64,000 bases of DNA, from assembly GCA_965205265.1 (NCBI GenBank), contig CBDBGH010000003.1:4160001-4224000 (forward strand). Direction: 5' to 3'. This stretch comes from Alphaproteobacteria bacterium. Its GTDB lineage: Bacteria; Pseudomonadota; Alphaproteobacteria; Bin95. Below, piece after piece: positions 1 to 8,438 of this stretch. The notes under the pieces are model-generated. The model did no database searches. It saw only the letters and a list, made by a program, of their open reading frames with translations, and was not told where the DNA came from. Numbering within the stretch: the first letter of the stretch is position 1; each line of letters starts with the position of its first letter. The position numbers and the translations under genes are program-made.

Positions 1-523
1 GGCGCCAGGACAGCAGGTCTATGGTGACGCCGCCGACGACCGGCCCGATGCCGAGCGCCAGCGCCAAGGCCATCGTATAGACGCCCATCGCCATACCGCG
101 CCGGTTGGCCGGGAACACCTGGAAGACGGTCACCATCACCAGCGGCTGCACCACGCCCGAGGCGAAGCCCTGGATCACCCGCCCGGCGATGATGAAGTCG
201 AGCGTCGGGCCGAAGGCCGCCATCAGCCCGCCCAGGAAGAAGAGCGCGATGACCATGAGGAAACTGTGCCGCTGGCCGAAGCGCGCGACGAACCAGGCGT
301 TCAGGAGCTGGCTCGCCGTCATGGAGACGATGAAGCCGGTGGTCAGCAATTGCGCCCGGTCCTGCCCGACGCCGTAGGCGCCCATCACATCGGGCACGGC
401 CACCGCCACCACCGTGCCGGTCAGCACCATGGTGAAGGACGCCGTCATGCCGGTGAAGGTCGCGAGCCACCGATAGGCCGGGCCGAACCGGGCGTAGAGG
501 GTCTCGACGGTCTCTTCGGTCAA
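1..523 (-). CDS. MFS transporter (DHA2/EmrB-like), 5' part only; runs off the window
   Basis: Manual minus-strand translation from TTG at 523: TEETVETLYARFGPAYRWLATFTGMTASFTMVLTGTVVAVAVPDVMGAYGVGQDRAQLLTTGF..., consecutive hydrophobic helices typical of a DHA2 N-terminus. Confidence 0.75.
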   Translation of the reverse strand, partial: MTEETVETLYARFGPAYRWLATFTGMTASFTMVLTGTVVAVAVPDVMGAYGVGQDRAQLLTTGFIVSMTASQLLNAWFVARFGQRHSFLMVIALFFLGGLMAAFGPTLDFIIAGRVIQGFASGVVQPLVMVTVFQVFPANRRGMAMGVYTMALALALGIGPVVGGVTIDLLSWR

Positions 524-563
524 CCGCGCATGTCCGGGCCGCGCGGACGGCGGGCGGCGCCCG

Positions 564-1592
564 TCACCCGCGCGCCCCGGCGAAGCCCCCGAGGAATGCG
601 GAGAGGTTGGCGCCGAGCGCCTCCAGGTTGTAGCCGCCCTCCTGCACCAGCACGGTCGGCAGGGCGAGCGCGCCGATCCGCCGGCCGATCTCGCCGAAGC
701 CCGGCGTGGTCACGCGCAGCACGCCGATGGGGTCGGCCTCGAAGGCGTCGAAGCCGGTGGAGACCAGCAGCGCCTCCGGCGCGAAATGGCGGACCGCCTC
801 CAGCGCCTCGTCCAGCGCCGCGAGGAACGCCGCATCGTCCGCGCCGGGCGGTTGCGGCAGGTTGAGGTTGTAGCCGCGCCCGTCGCCCTCGCCGATCTCG
901 CCCGCGTAGCCGGCGAAGAAGGGGAAATAGTCGGCCGGGTCGCCGTGCAGCGAGACGAACAGCACGTCCCGCCGGCGGTAAAATATGCCCTGCGTGCCGT
1001 TGCCGTGGTGGACGTCGAAATCGAGGATCGCGACCCGGCTACGCTCGCGGCGCATGTATTCGGCGGCGATCGCGATGTTGTTCAGGTAGCAGAAGCCGCC
1101 GGCAAGGTCGGAGAAGGCATGGTGGCCCGGCGGGCGGCAGAGCGCATAGGCGGCGTCCTCGCCGTCGAGCACGAGGCGCGCGGCATGGGTTGCGGCATGG
1201 GCCGCGGCCGTCGCCGCCTCCCAGCTGCCCTCGACGATGGGCGCGCTGCCGGTCGCCATGTAGTAGCCGGCCTGGCCCTCTATGCCGCTCGGGCGCCCGT
1301 GCATGTGGCGGCCCGGATGGGCGTAGGGCTGCACCGCCGGCGTCGGGTCGGGGAGCTTCCGCCAGCGTATCCAGGCGTTCTCCAGAAAGGCGAGATAGCC
1401 CGGATCGTGGACGGCGGCCCTCGGCGCGCGGCCGTAGTCCGGCGGCTCGACGACCTCATGGCCGTCCGCCCTGACCGCCGCGAGCAGCCGCTCCGCCCGC
1501 GCCGCCACCTCCCAGTGCGGCACTTCCACGCCGCGCGTCAGGATGGTCGGCGGCCTGTGGCGCTCATGCGCCGGGGTATAGACGGTTTTCAC
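564..1592 (-). CDS. Histone deacetylase family / acetylpolyamine amidohydrolase
   Basis: Motifs RPPGHHA, GGFCYLNN, DFDVHHGNGTQ, QEGGY. Confidence 0.92.
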   Translation of the reverse strand: MKTVYTPAHERHRPPTILTRGVEVPHWEVAARAERLLAAVRADGHEVVEPPDYGRAPRAAVHDPGYLAFLENAWIRWRKLPDPTPAVQPYAHPGRHMHGRPSGIEGQAGYYMATGSAPIVEGSWEAATAAAHAATHAARLVLDGEDAAYALCRPPGHHAFSDLAGGFCYLNNIAIAAEYMRRERSRVAILDFDVHHGNGTQGIFYRRRDVLFVSLHGDPADYFPFFAGYAGEIGEGDGRGYNLNLPQPPGADDAAFLAALDEALEAVRHFAPEALLVSTGFDAFEADPIGVLRVTTPGFGEIGRRIGALALPTVLVQEGGYNLEALGANLSAFLGGFAGARG

Positions 1593-1676
1593 GGCAGGCC
1601 CTCCCCGCCCGGCAGCCTAGCAGTCCGGTCGGGGTGCGAGGAAGAGCCGCCTCGGCCGGTGCGCCGGACCGCCCTG

Positions 1677-2687
1677 CTACTCCGCCACCCTGACGCACAT
1701 CTTGCCGAAATTGTCGCCGTGGAAGAGGCCGATGAAAGCGCCGGGGGCGGCCTCCAGGCCCTCGACCACGGTCTCGCGCCAGCGGAGCTGGCCCTTGCGG
1801 ATCCAGCCGCCGACATCCCTGAGGAAGTCGTCGGTGCGCTCGCGGTGGTCGGAGACGATGAAGCCCTGCATGCGCAGCCGCCGCCCGACCACGAGGAACA
1901 GGTTGTTGGGGCCCGGCCTCGGCGCGCTGTCGTTGTAGCCCGCGATCATGCCGCAGGCGACGATGCGGCCGAAGAAGTTCATCAGCGAGAGCGCGGCCTG
2001 CAGGTGCTCGCCGCCCACATTCTCGAAATAGACGTCGATGCCGTCCGGGCAGGCGGCGGCGAGCGCGGCCTCCAGGTCCCCGCAGGTCCTGTAGTTGATC
2101 GCGGCGTCCACCCCGGCCTCGTCGCGCAGCCAGGCGCATTTTTCGTCCGAGCCGGCGGAGCCCACCACCCGGCAGCCATTGAGCTTTGCGATCTGGCAGA
2201 CGACCGCGCCGACAGCGCCCGAGGCCGCCGAGACGAACACCGTCTCGCCCTCCTTCGGCCGGCCGATGTCGAGCAGGCCGACATAGGCCGTCTGGCCGGG
2301 CATGCCGAGCACGCCGATATTGGCCTGGAGCGGCGCGATGTCGGGATCGACGGCCCGGAGCGCCTTGCCGTCGGCGGCATGGTAGTCGCGCCAGCCGCCG
2401 CCCGTGCCGAAGACATGGGCGCCCGCGGGGAAGCGCCCGCCCTTCGACTCCTCGACGCGCCCGACGAAATAGCCGTCCAGCGGTTCCCCGATCTGGAAGG
2501 GCGGCGCATAGCTCTTCCGGTCGCTGATGCGCCCGCGGATATAGGGATCGACGGACATCCAGAGCGTGCGGACCAGCATCTCGCCGTCGCCCGCGACCGG
2601 CATGGGTGCGGTCTCCAGGGCGAAATTCTCGGGCGCCGGCAGGCCGACGGGCCGGCTTTTCAGGACGATCTGGCGGTTCTCGGTCAT
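1677..2687 (-). CDS. NADP-dependent oxidoreductase (MDR, CurA/prostaglandin reductase-like)
   Basis: SVDPYIRGR, LGMPGQTAYVGL, VSAASGAVG, YFENVGG, GDNFGK; start taken at MTENRQ. Confidence 0.9.
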   Translation of the reverse strand: MTENRQIVLKSRPVGLPAPENFALETAPMPVAGDGEMLVRTLWMSVDPYIRGRISDRKSYAPPFQIGEPLDGYFVGRVEESKGGRFPAGAHVFGTGGGWRDYHAADGKALRAVDPDIAPLQANIGVLGMPGQTAYVGLLDIGRPKEGETVFVSAASGAVGAVVCQIAKLNGCRVVGSAGSDEKCAWLRDEAGVDAAINYRTCGDLEAALAAACPDGIDVYFENVGGEHLQAALSLMNFFGRIVACGMIAGYNDSAPRPGPNNLFLVVGRRLRMQGFIVSDHRERTDDFLRDVGGWIRKGQLRWRETVVEGLEAAPGAFIGLFHGDNFGKMCVRVAE

Positions 2688-2839
2688 CGGACATCCCTCC
2701 TCTCGGGCGGCGGGAAACATGCCTTCACAGAGCAACGAAGGCAAGAATGAAGCCTTGGCTTTATTTTTCTGCCTTGCATGCAGTTTTATGTCCGGGCGGG
2801 AGATTGCCGTCGGGGCATATCCATGCCATTTTCTCCGTC

Positions 2840-3733
2840 ATGCGCAGGCTTATGGCATTGCTCCTCGCCCTGCCGGCCCTTGCCGCGCCGCCCGTCTCCG
2901 CGGCGATAGACCGGGGACCGGTCGCCACCATCGCCATGATCGCCGAGCCGCTCGGCATCGAAAGCCTGATGGGACCCGGCGTGGACCCGCATCTTTACAA
3001 GCTGACGCGCACCGACATCGCCCGGCTGATCGAGGCTCCGCATCTCCTCTATTGCGGCCTCGGCCTGGAAGGAAAGATGCTGGACGCCTTCGAGCGCCTC
3101 GCCGCGTCCGGCAAGCCCGCCACAGCCGTCTGCGAAGCGGTGCCCGAAGCGAAACGCCTGCAGGCCGCTGCTGGCTATGCGGGCGCTGCGGACCCGCATC
3201 TGTGGATGGACCCCACGCTCTGGGCGGGGGCGCTGCAGGTCGCCGCCGACCGGCTCGGCATGCCGGCCCCGGACGGGTTCGAACGGCTCGACGCCTATGC
3301 GCGCGCCAGCATGGAAAGCATCCCGGCGCAAGCGCGCGTGCTGGTCACCGCGCATGACGCGTTTGCCTATTTCGGCCGCCGCTACGGGCTGAAGGTCGTG
3401 GGCATACAGGGCGTCAACACCGAGTCCGAGGCGGGACTCCGCGCCATCGAGGCGGCGGTCGAGACCGTCGTCGCGCGCAGGCTGCCTGCGGTCTTCGTCG
3501 AATCCACCGTCTCCGACCGCAATGTCCGCGCCATCGTGGAGGGCGCGGCGGCGCGCGGGCACCGGGTCGCGATCGGCGGGCGGCTGTTCTCGGACGCAAT
3601 GGGGCCGGAAGGGACCTATGAAGGGACCTATATCGGCATGATCGACCACAATGTCACCACCATCGCGCGGGCGCTCGGCGGCATTGCGCCGGCACGCGGG
3701 ATGCAGGGAAGGCTCCGGGCCCGTGACCGCTGA
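2840..3733 (+). CDS. Mn/Zn/Fe ABC transporter substrate-binding protein (TroA-like)
   Basis: Signal peptide; GPGVDPHLY, DPHLWMDP, TAHDAFAYFG, LFSDAMG metal-ligand motifs. Confidence 0.9.
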   Translation: MRRLMALLLALPALAAPPVSAAIDRGPVATIAMIAEPLGIESLMGPGVDPHLYKLTRTDIARLIEAPHLLYCGLGLEGKMLDAFERLAASGKPATAVCEAVPEAKRLQAAAGYAGAADPHLWMDPTLWAGALQVAADRLGMPAPDGFERLDAYARASMESIPAQARVLVTAHDAFAYFGRRYGLKVVGIQGVNTESEAGLRAIEAAVETVVARRLPAVFVESTVSDRNVRAIVEGAAARGHRVAIGGRLFSDAMGPEGTYEGTYIGMIDHNVTTIARALGGIAPARGMQGRLRARDR

Positions 3734-4478
3734 CACGCAGTCCGCCTCTCCCTTCGAGGCGAACGGGCTCACGGTCGCGCTCGGCGGCCGGCCCGTGCTC
3801 TGGAATGTCGACCTCCGGCTGCCGGCGCGCGGCATGTCGGCCGTCGTCGGACCGAACGGCGCGGGCAAGTCCACCCTCTTCAAGGCGGCGCTCGGCCTGG
3901 CCCCTGTGCTCACCGGTCAGGTGCGCCTGCTGGGCGAGCCCGTCGCGCGGGTTCGCCGCCGCATCGCTTACATGCCGCAGCGCAACAGCGTCGACTGGGA
4001 CTTTCCGGTTTCCGCCCGCGACGTGGCGGCGATGGGGCTTTACGGCCGGGTCGGCTGGTTCCGCCGCCTCTCGAAACGCCATCTGGCAGCGGCGGACGCA
4101 GCGCTGGAGCGGGTGGGCCTCGCCGACTTTCGCAACCGCCAGATCGGGCGGCTCTCGGGCGGCCAGCAACAGCGCGTCTTCCTTGCCCGCGCGCTGGCCC
4201 AAGAAGCCGATCTTCTGCTGCTGGACGAGCCCTTCTCCGGCATCGATACCGCATCCGAAGCCGCCATACTGGACGTGCTGGCCGGCCTTGAAGGCGAGGG
4301 GCGGCATATCGTGTGTATCCACCACGACCTGCGCATGGTCGCCGCCTATTTCGACCATGTGACGGTGCTGAACGCCGTCGCCATCGCCAGCGGCCCCCCG
4401 GCCGAAGCCCTTGGCGAGGAGACGCTCCGGCGCGCCTACGATGCATCCGGCCTGAGGCCGCGCGCGCTGGCGGCCTGA
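3723..4478 (+). CDS. Metal ABC transporter ATP-binding protein (TroB-like)
   Basis: Walker A GPNGAGKST, signature LSGGQQQR, Walker B LLLLDEP. Confidence 0.92.
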   Translation: MTADTQSASPFEANGLTVALGGRPVLWNVDLRLPARGMSAVVGPNGAGKSTLFKAALGLAPVLTGQVRLLGEPVARVRRRIAYMPQRNSVDWDFPVSARDVAAMGLYGRVGWFRRLSKRHLAAADAALERVGLADFRNRQIGRLSGGQQQRVFLARALAQEADLLLLDEPFSGIDTASEAAILDVLAGLEGEGRHIVCIHHDLRMVAAYFDHVTVLNAVAIASGPPAEALGEETLRRAYDASGLRPRALAA

Positions 4479-5626
4479 TGACCGGAGCCGGCGACGGTCT
4501 GCTGGAGGCGCTGACCTTCCAGGCCGGCTACAACACCGGCGTGGTTATGGCAGGTTCGGCGGCGCTGGGAGCCGCCGCCGGCGGCGTCGGGGCCTTCCTC
4601 CTGCTGCGCGCGCGGGCGATGGCGGCCGATGCGGTCGGCCATGCGACGCTGCCGGGCATCGTGCTGGCCTTCATCGCCGCAGGCGCGCTGGGGGCCGAAG
4701 GCCGCGCCTTGCCGGTGCTGCTCGCCGGGGCGGCGCTGACCGGCATTCTCGGCATGGCGGCCGCCGAGGCCCTGACGCGCCGCACCCGCCTCGCCCCGGA
4801 CGCCGCCATCGCGATTGCGCTCAGCGTCTTCTATGCCGTCGGCATCGTGCTGCTCTCCTGGCTGCAGACGCTGCCCGCGGGCAGCCAGGGCGGCCTCAAG
4901 AGCTTCATCCTGGGACAGGCGGCGGCGCTTTCCGCTGCCGAAGCGCTCGGACTGGCCGTCGCGGCGTTGCTCGCGCTCGGCATGCTGCTCGCGTTGTTTC
5001 GCCCGCTTGGCGTCCTCTGTTTCGACGAACACCATGCCCGGGCGCGCGGCTGGCCGGTCGCAGGGCTGGATGCGGCGCTGCTGGGCCTCGGCGTGGTTGT
5101 CACGGTGCTCGGCCTCCAGTCGGTCGGTCTGGTGCTGGTGGTCGCGCTGCTCATCCTGCCGGCGGTGGCGGCGCGGTTCTGGTCCGAGCGGCTTGCGGGC
5201 ATCTTCTGGCTCTCGGTCGCCTTCGGCGCGGGCGGCGCGTTTCTGGGCGCGGCCGCCTCATCCATCTGGCCGCGCGCGCCCACCGGCGCCTCCATCGTGC
5301 TGGCGCTCGGGCTCGTCTTCGGCGCGAGTCTGCTGGCCGCGCCGCGGCGCGGTATCGTCGCGGAGGCCGGCCGCCGGGCCCGCGCCGGCTGGCAATTGCG
5401 CGCCGCCCGGGCGCTTCAGGCCGGACGCGGCTATCCGGGCGCCGGCCTGATCGGCTGGCGGCGCGGCGGAAGGCCCACGGCACGCGGCGCAGCGGCGGTC
5501 GCCCGGCTCGAGCTCTGGGACCGTTGCCTTGCGGAAGCCCCGGAGGCTTTGCCGGCCGAGCTCGCCTGGGGCATAGACCCGTTGCCGGTCGAAGCGCTGG
5601 CGCTGCTCGGAAAGCGCGCCCCGTGA
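4478..5626 (+). CDS. Metal ABC transporter permease (TroC-like)
   Basis: ABC-3 motif DAVGHATLPG, many TM helices, start overlaps upstream stop. Confidence 0.88.
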   Translation: MTGAGDGLLEALTFQAGYNTGVVMAGSAALGAAAGGVGAFLLLRARAMAADAVGHATLPGIVLAFIAAGALGAEGRALPVLLAGAALTGILGMAAAEALTRRTRLAPDAAIAIALSVFYAVGIVLLSWLQTLPAGSQGGLKSFILGQAAALSAAEALGLAVAALLALGMLLALFRPLGVLCFDEHHARARGWPVAGLDAALLGLGVVVTVLGLQSVGLVLVVALLILPAVAARFWSERLAGIFWLSVAFGAGGAFLGAAASSIWPRAPTGASIVLALGLVFGASLLAAPRRGIVAEAGRRARAGWQLRAARALQAGRGYPGAGLIGWRRGGRPTARGAAAVARLELWDRCLAEAPEALPAELAWGIDPLPVEALALLGKRAP

Positions 5627-6531
5627 GCCTTTTCTGGCAGGTTGACTTCCCGGCGCTCGTGGCAGCAGGCCTCGCTTCGGGCCTCTGCGCGCTGCTTGGC
5701 AATTTCCTCGTGCTGAGGCGCGAAAGCCTGCTCGGCGACGCCATCGCCCATGCCGTGCTGCCGGGCATTGTCGGCGGCTTCATGCTGGCGGGCGCGCTCG
5801 CCGCCTCCGCCATGCTTGCCGGCGCACTCGCCGCTGCGCTCGTCGCGGCAGGTGCGATCGAGGTCGTGCGCCAGCTCGGCCGCATCGAGCCGGGCGCGGC
5901 CATGGGCGCGGTCTTCACGGTCATGTTCGCGGCCGGCGTGTTCATGCTGGAGCAGGCGGCGGCGCGGAACCTGCACATCGATGCCGACTGCGTGCTCTAC
6001 GGCCAGCTGGAAGACATTCTCTGGCTGGATGCCCCGGACATTTGGGCCTTGCCGCGCGAGGTCTGGACGCTCGCCGGCGTCTTCGCCGTGGCGGCGGCGG
6101 CAGTCCTGCTACTGGCGAAAGAGATCAGGCTTGCCGTGTTCGATCCCGCCTTCGCCGCAGCGCTCGGCTTCCGGCCCGGCCTCGTCCATCTGGGCCTTGT
6201 GCTGTTCGTGGCGGCGGCGGCGATTGCCTCCTTCGAGGCCGTGGGCTCGATCCTGGTGATCGCCATGCTGATCTGCCCGCCCGCCGCCGCGCGCCTCATG
6301 ACCGACGACTACCGCACGCAGATCCTGCTGAGCACCGCATTGGGGATCGGTTCCGCCTTCGCAGGCTACGGCCTCGCGGGCTTCGCCCCGGCGCTTCTCG
6401 GCGCCTCCTGGTCGCTTAACGCCGCCGGCTGCATCGCCGTCGTCTCGGGCCTCGCCGTGGCAGCAGCGGCCTTGTTCGGCCCGCGCCGACTCTCCTTCGC
6501 GGGCGCCGCGGCAAGCCTTGACAGAGGGTAG
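5623..6531 (+). CDS. Metal ABC transporter permease (TroD-like)
   Basis: GDAIAHAVLPG, FEAVGSILVIAMLI; GTGA overlap with the previous gene. Confidence 0.9.
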   Translation: MSLFWQVDFPALVAAGLASGLCALLGNFLVLRRESLLGDAIAHAVLPGIVGGFMLAGALAASAMLAGALAAALVAAGAIEVVRQLGRIEPGAAMGAVFTVMFAAGVFMLEQAAARNLHIDADCVLYGQLEDILWLDAPDIWALPREVWTLAGVFAVAAAAVLLLAKEIRLAVFDPAFAAALGFRPGLVHLGLVLFVAAAAIASFEAVGSILVIAMLICPPAAARLMTDDYRTQILLSTALGIGSAFAGYGLAGFAPALLGASWSLNAAGCIAVVSGLAVAAAALFGPRRLSFAGAAASLDRG

Positions 6532-6535
6532 CGCA

Positions 6536-7135
6536 TTGGAACGACGACACAGCCTGCGGTTCGCTACGCTCGGACCCGCCGGGACCAACCACGACCTCGT
6601 CACCCGAAGATATCTGGCGTTCCACGGGCTCGACGGCGCGGAGGTGGTCCTCATCGACGATTTCTTCGAGGGCCTGGCGATGATGGGCGACGGGCGCGCC
6701 GACTTCATGGTCCAGGTCGCGGTCCATCCCGACTGCGCCGATGTCGTGTCGAAAGCGCATTTCGACTATGGCATCCGCATCATCGACACCTTCATCTCTC
6801 CCAGCCGGGAGCTGGCCATTCTGACGCGGGCGGAAGTGGCCGAACCCAGGACCCTGGCGCTGCAGCCGGCCACGCGCGGCTATGCGGACATCTCCGCCTG
6901 GCCGGAACATGTGCCCGTAAGCTCGATCATGCGAATCGCGGAGGGCCTTCTGGAGAGAAGATATGACAGCGGGCTGACAACCCTGGAATTTGCCGAGCGC
7001 CACCCCGGAAGGTTCCGTGTCGACGTTGCGATCGGTACGGTGGACGATCCTTGGCTGGTCTTCGGAGCGGAGCGGGTCTCCACCGGCGGCCTCGTCGCGT
7101 GGCCCGAAAGCCCCGGGAGCCGGCAATTCCGCTAA
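6536..7135 (+). CDS. Stand-alone prephenate dehydratase-fold protein (BacA/AerD-like)
   Basis: N-terminal TLGPAGTNH, C-terminal WLVFG, about 200 aa without an ACT domain; TTG start after GAGGG. Confidence 0.5.
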   Translation: MERRHSLRFATLGPAGTNHDLVTRRYLAFHGLDGAEVVLIDDFFEGLAMMGDGRADFMVQVAVHPDCADVVSKAHFDYGIRIIDTFISPSRELAILTRAEVAEPRTLALQPATRGYADISAWPEHVPVSSIMRIAEGLLERRYDSGLTTLEFAERHPGRFRVDVAIGTVDDPWLVFGAERVSTGGLVAWPESPGSRQFR

Positions 7136-7173
7136 CGGCCCGGAACCGCTTGCAGGCGCGCGGACCGGGACCC

Positions 7174-8115
7174 TCAAACATCCGCAAAACGGTGGTCGGG
7201 ATGCACCGGATGGTGCCGGACGCGAAACAGGAAGCGGCGCAGCAGCGTCGGGTAGCCGGCATAGACGTGGCCGCCCGCCTCGGCCATGTAGTGCCCGCGC
7301 CGTGCGGCGAACGCCGCCGGGATGGCATGCCATGGCAGGTCCGGGCGGCTGTGATGCACGACATGGAGGTTGTTGTTGAGATAGAGGAGCCGGCTGAGCG
7401 GTCCGCCCAGCACGATAGCGGTCCGCCCGTTCTTCCCGGCAGCGGGCTGGTGTTCGGCGTAGGATCGCAGCAGGGTCAGTGACAGGCCCGGATAAGCGAA
7501 CAGGGCGACATAGGCGCCGATGGACATATCGCAGACGAGCACGACCCAGGCGAGAACCATGCCGGTCCCGACGATATGGCGCCCCCAGACGCCGCCATTG
7601 GAGAGGTCGCCCGAACGGGCCCGCCGGAGTTCCGACCCCCAGAACGCAACGACGGCGAGCGCCGGCCCGAGGGTCAGCCGGCCGAACAGCGTCTGGTGCA
7701 GCTGCAGGAGCAGCCGGCGCGGTCCGGTCATGCGCTCCCAGTCGCGCTCCCGGACGAAATACGACTCGGTGTCCTCCAACGGGTCGGTCAGGGCCGGGCA
7801 GGCATGGTGGCGCAAGTGGGTGTCGCGGTAGATCTCGTAAGGTATCCACAGACCAAGCGGCAGCCAGGCGAGCGCGAGGTTGACGCGCGGCGACCGCGTC
7901 GGATGCCCGTGCACGGTCTCGTGCTGCAGCGAACCGTGCCAGCAGACGATGAAAGCCCCCGCCGGCAGCAGCAGCCACCAGGGCAGCGCCGCTGCATGGA
8001 AGGTGAGCAGCAGCCAGCCGCCATAGACCGCGCCGGCGACGACCCAGGTCGGCCATTCCCGGCCGCACCGCGACGGCGCAGCCCGGCTCGGATACCCGCG
8101 CCCCTTGCAAGCCAT
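7174..8115 (-). CDS. Fatty acid desaturase family membrane diiron enzyme
   Basis: His boxes QHETVH, HLRHH, EH and HVVHH plus TM segments; exact start uncertain. Confidence 0.85.
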   Translation of the reverse strand: MACKGRGYPSRAAPSRCGREWPTWVVAGAVYGGWLLLTFHAAALPWWLLLPAGAFIVCWHGSLQHETVHGHPTRSPRVNLALAWLPLGLWIPYEIYRDTHLRHHACPALTDPLEDTESYFVRERDWERMTGPRRLLLQLHQTLFGRLTLGPALAVVAFWGSELRRARSGDLSNGGVWGRHIVGTGMVLAWVVLVCDMSIGAYVALFAYPGLSLTLLRSYAEHQPAAGKNGRTAIVLGGPLSRLLYLNNNLHVVHHSRPDLPWHAIPAAFAARRGHYMAEAGGHVYAGYPTLLRRFLFRVRHHPVHPDHRFADV

Positions 8116-8232
8116 CGAAACCGGATTCCCCTGCCGTCAGTTCCTGAGGCGTCCATCACAGGCAGCCGCAGTCCGGACCGGCAATGAGGGAATTGCAACG
8201 CAATGCCATATAGCGCAGCAAATTCAAAAATC

Positions 8233-8250
8233 TGTTGATAATTATCGACA
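8233..8250. promoter_or_regulatory. Palindromic operator TGTTGATAATTATCGACA between the divergent desaturase and XRE genes (FNR/FixK-box-like, or the XRE autoregulatory site)
   Basis: 18 bp inverted repeat with one mismatched pair in an AT-rich intergenic region; contains TTGAT-N4-ATCGA. Confidence 0.5.
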
Positions 8251-8300
8251 AACTCATCATAAAATCTACAGATTCCATAGCAGCGGCTCATGGATAGAAG

Positions 8301-8438
8301 AGATGTCTCGCGCCTGTTCCGACTGCGCCTCACGGAAACGTTGGCGCAGTCGGGACTGTCCCGTTCGGCGCTCGCCCGCCGGGCCGGCATAGACCGCTCG
8401 ACCTTGTCCCAGCTTCTCTCCGACGACATGGACAGGCT
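8301..8438 (+). repeat. 138 bp target-site duplication of IS1634 copy 1 (second copy 10355-10492)
   Basis: AGATGTCTCG...GACAGGCT present on both sides of the IS. Confidence 0.95.

Noticed and set aside
786-2750. 654 aa plus-strand ORF and similar long ORFs opposite nadE, DAHP synthase, fumA and YcaO
   Set aside because: Antisense shadows of well-supported genes in high-GC DNA
5380-5626. DtxR/MntR-like remnant at the C-terminus of the TroC-like permease (PTARG...LELWDRCL)
   Set aside because: Weak similarity, and such tails are common in this permease family
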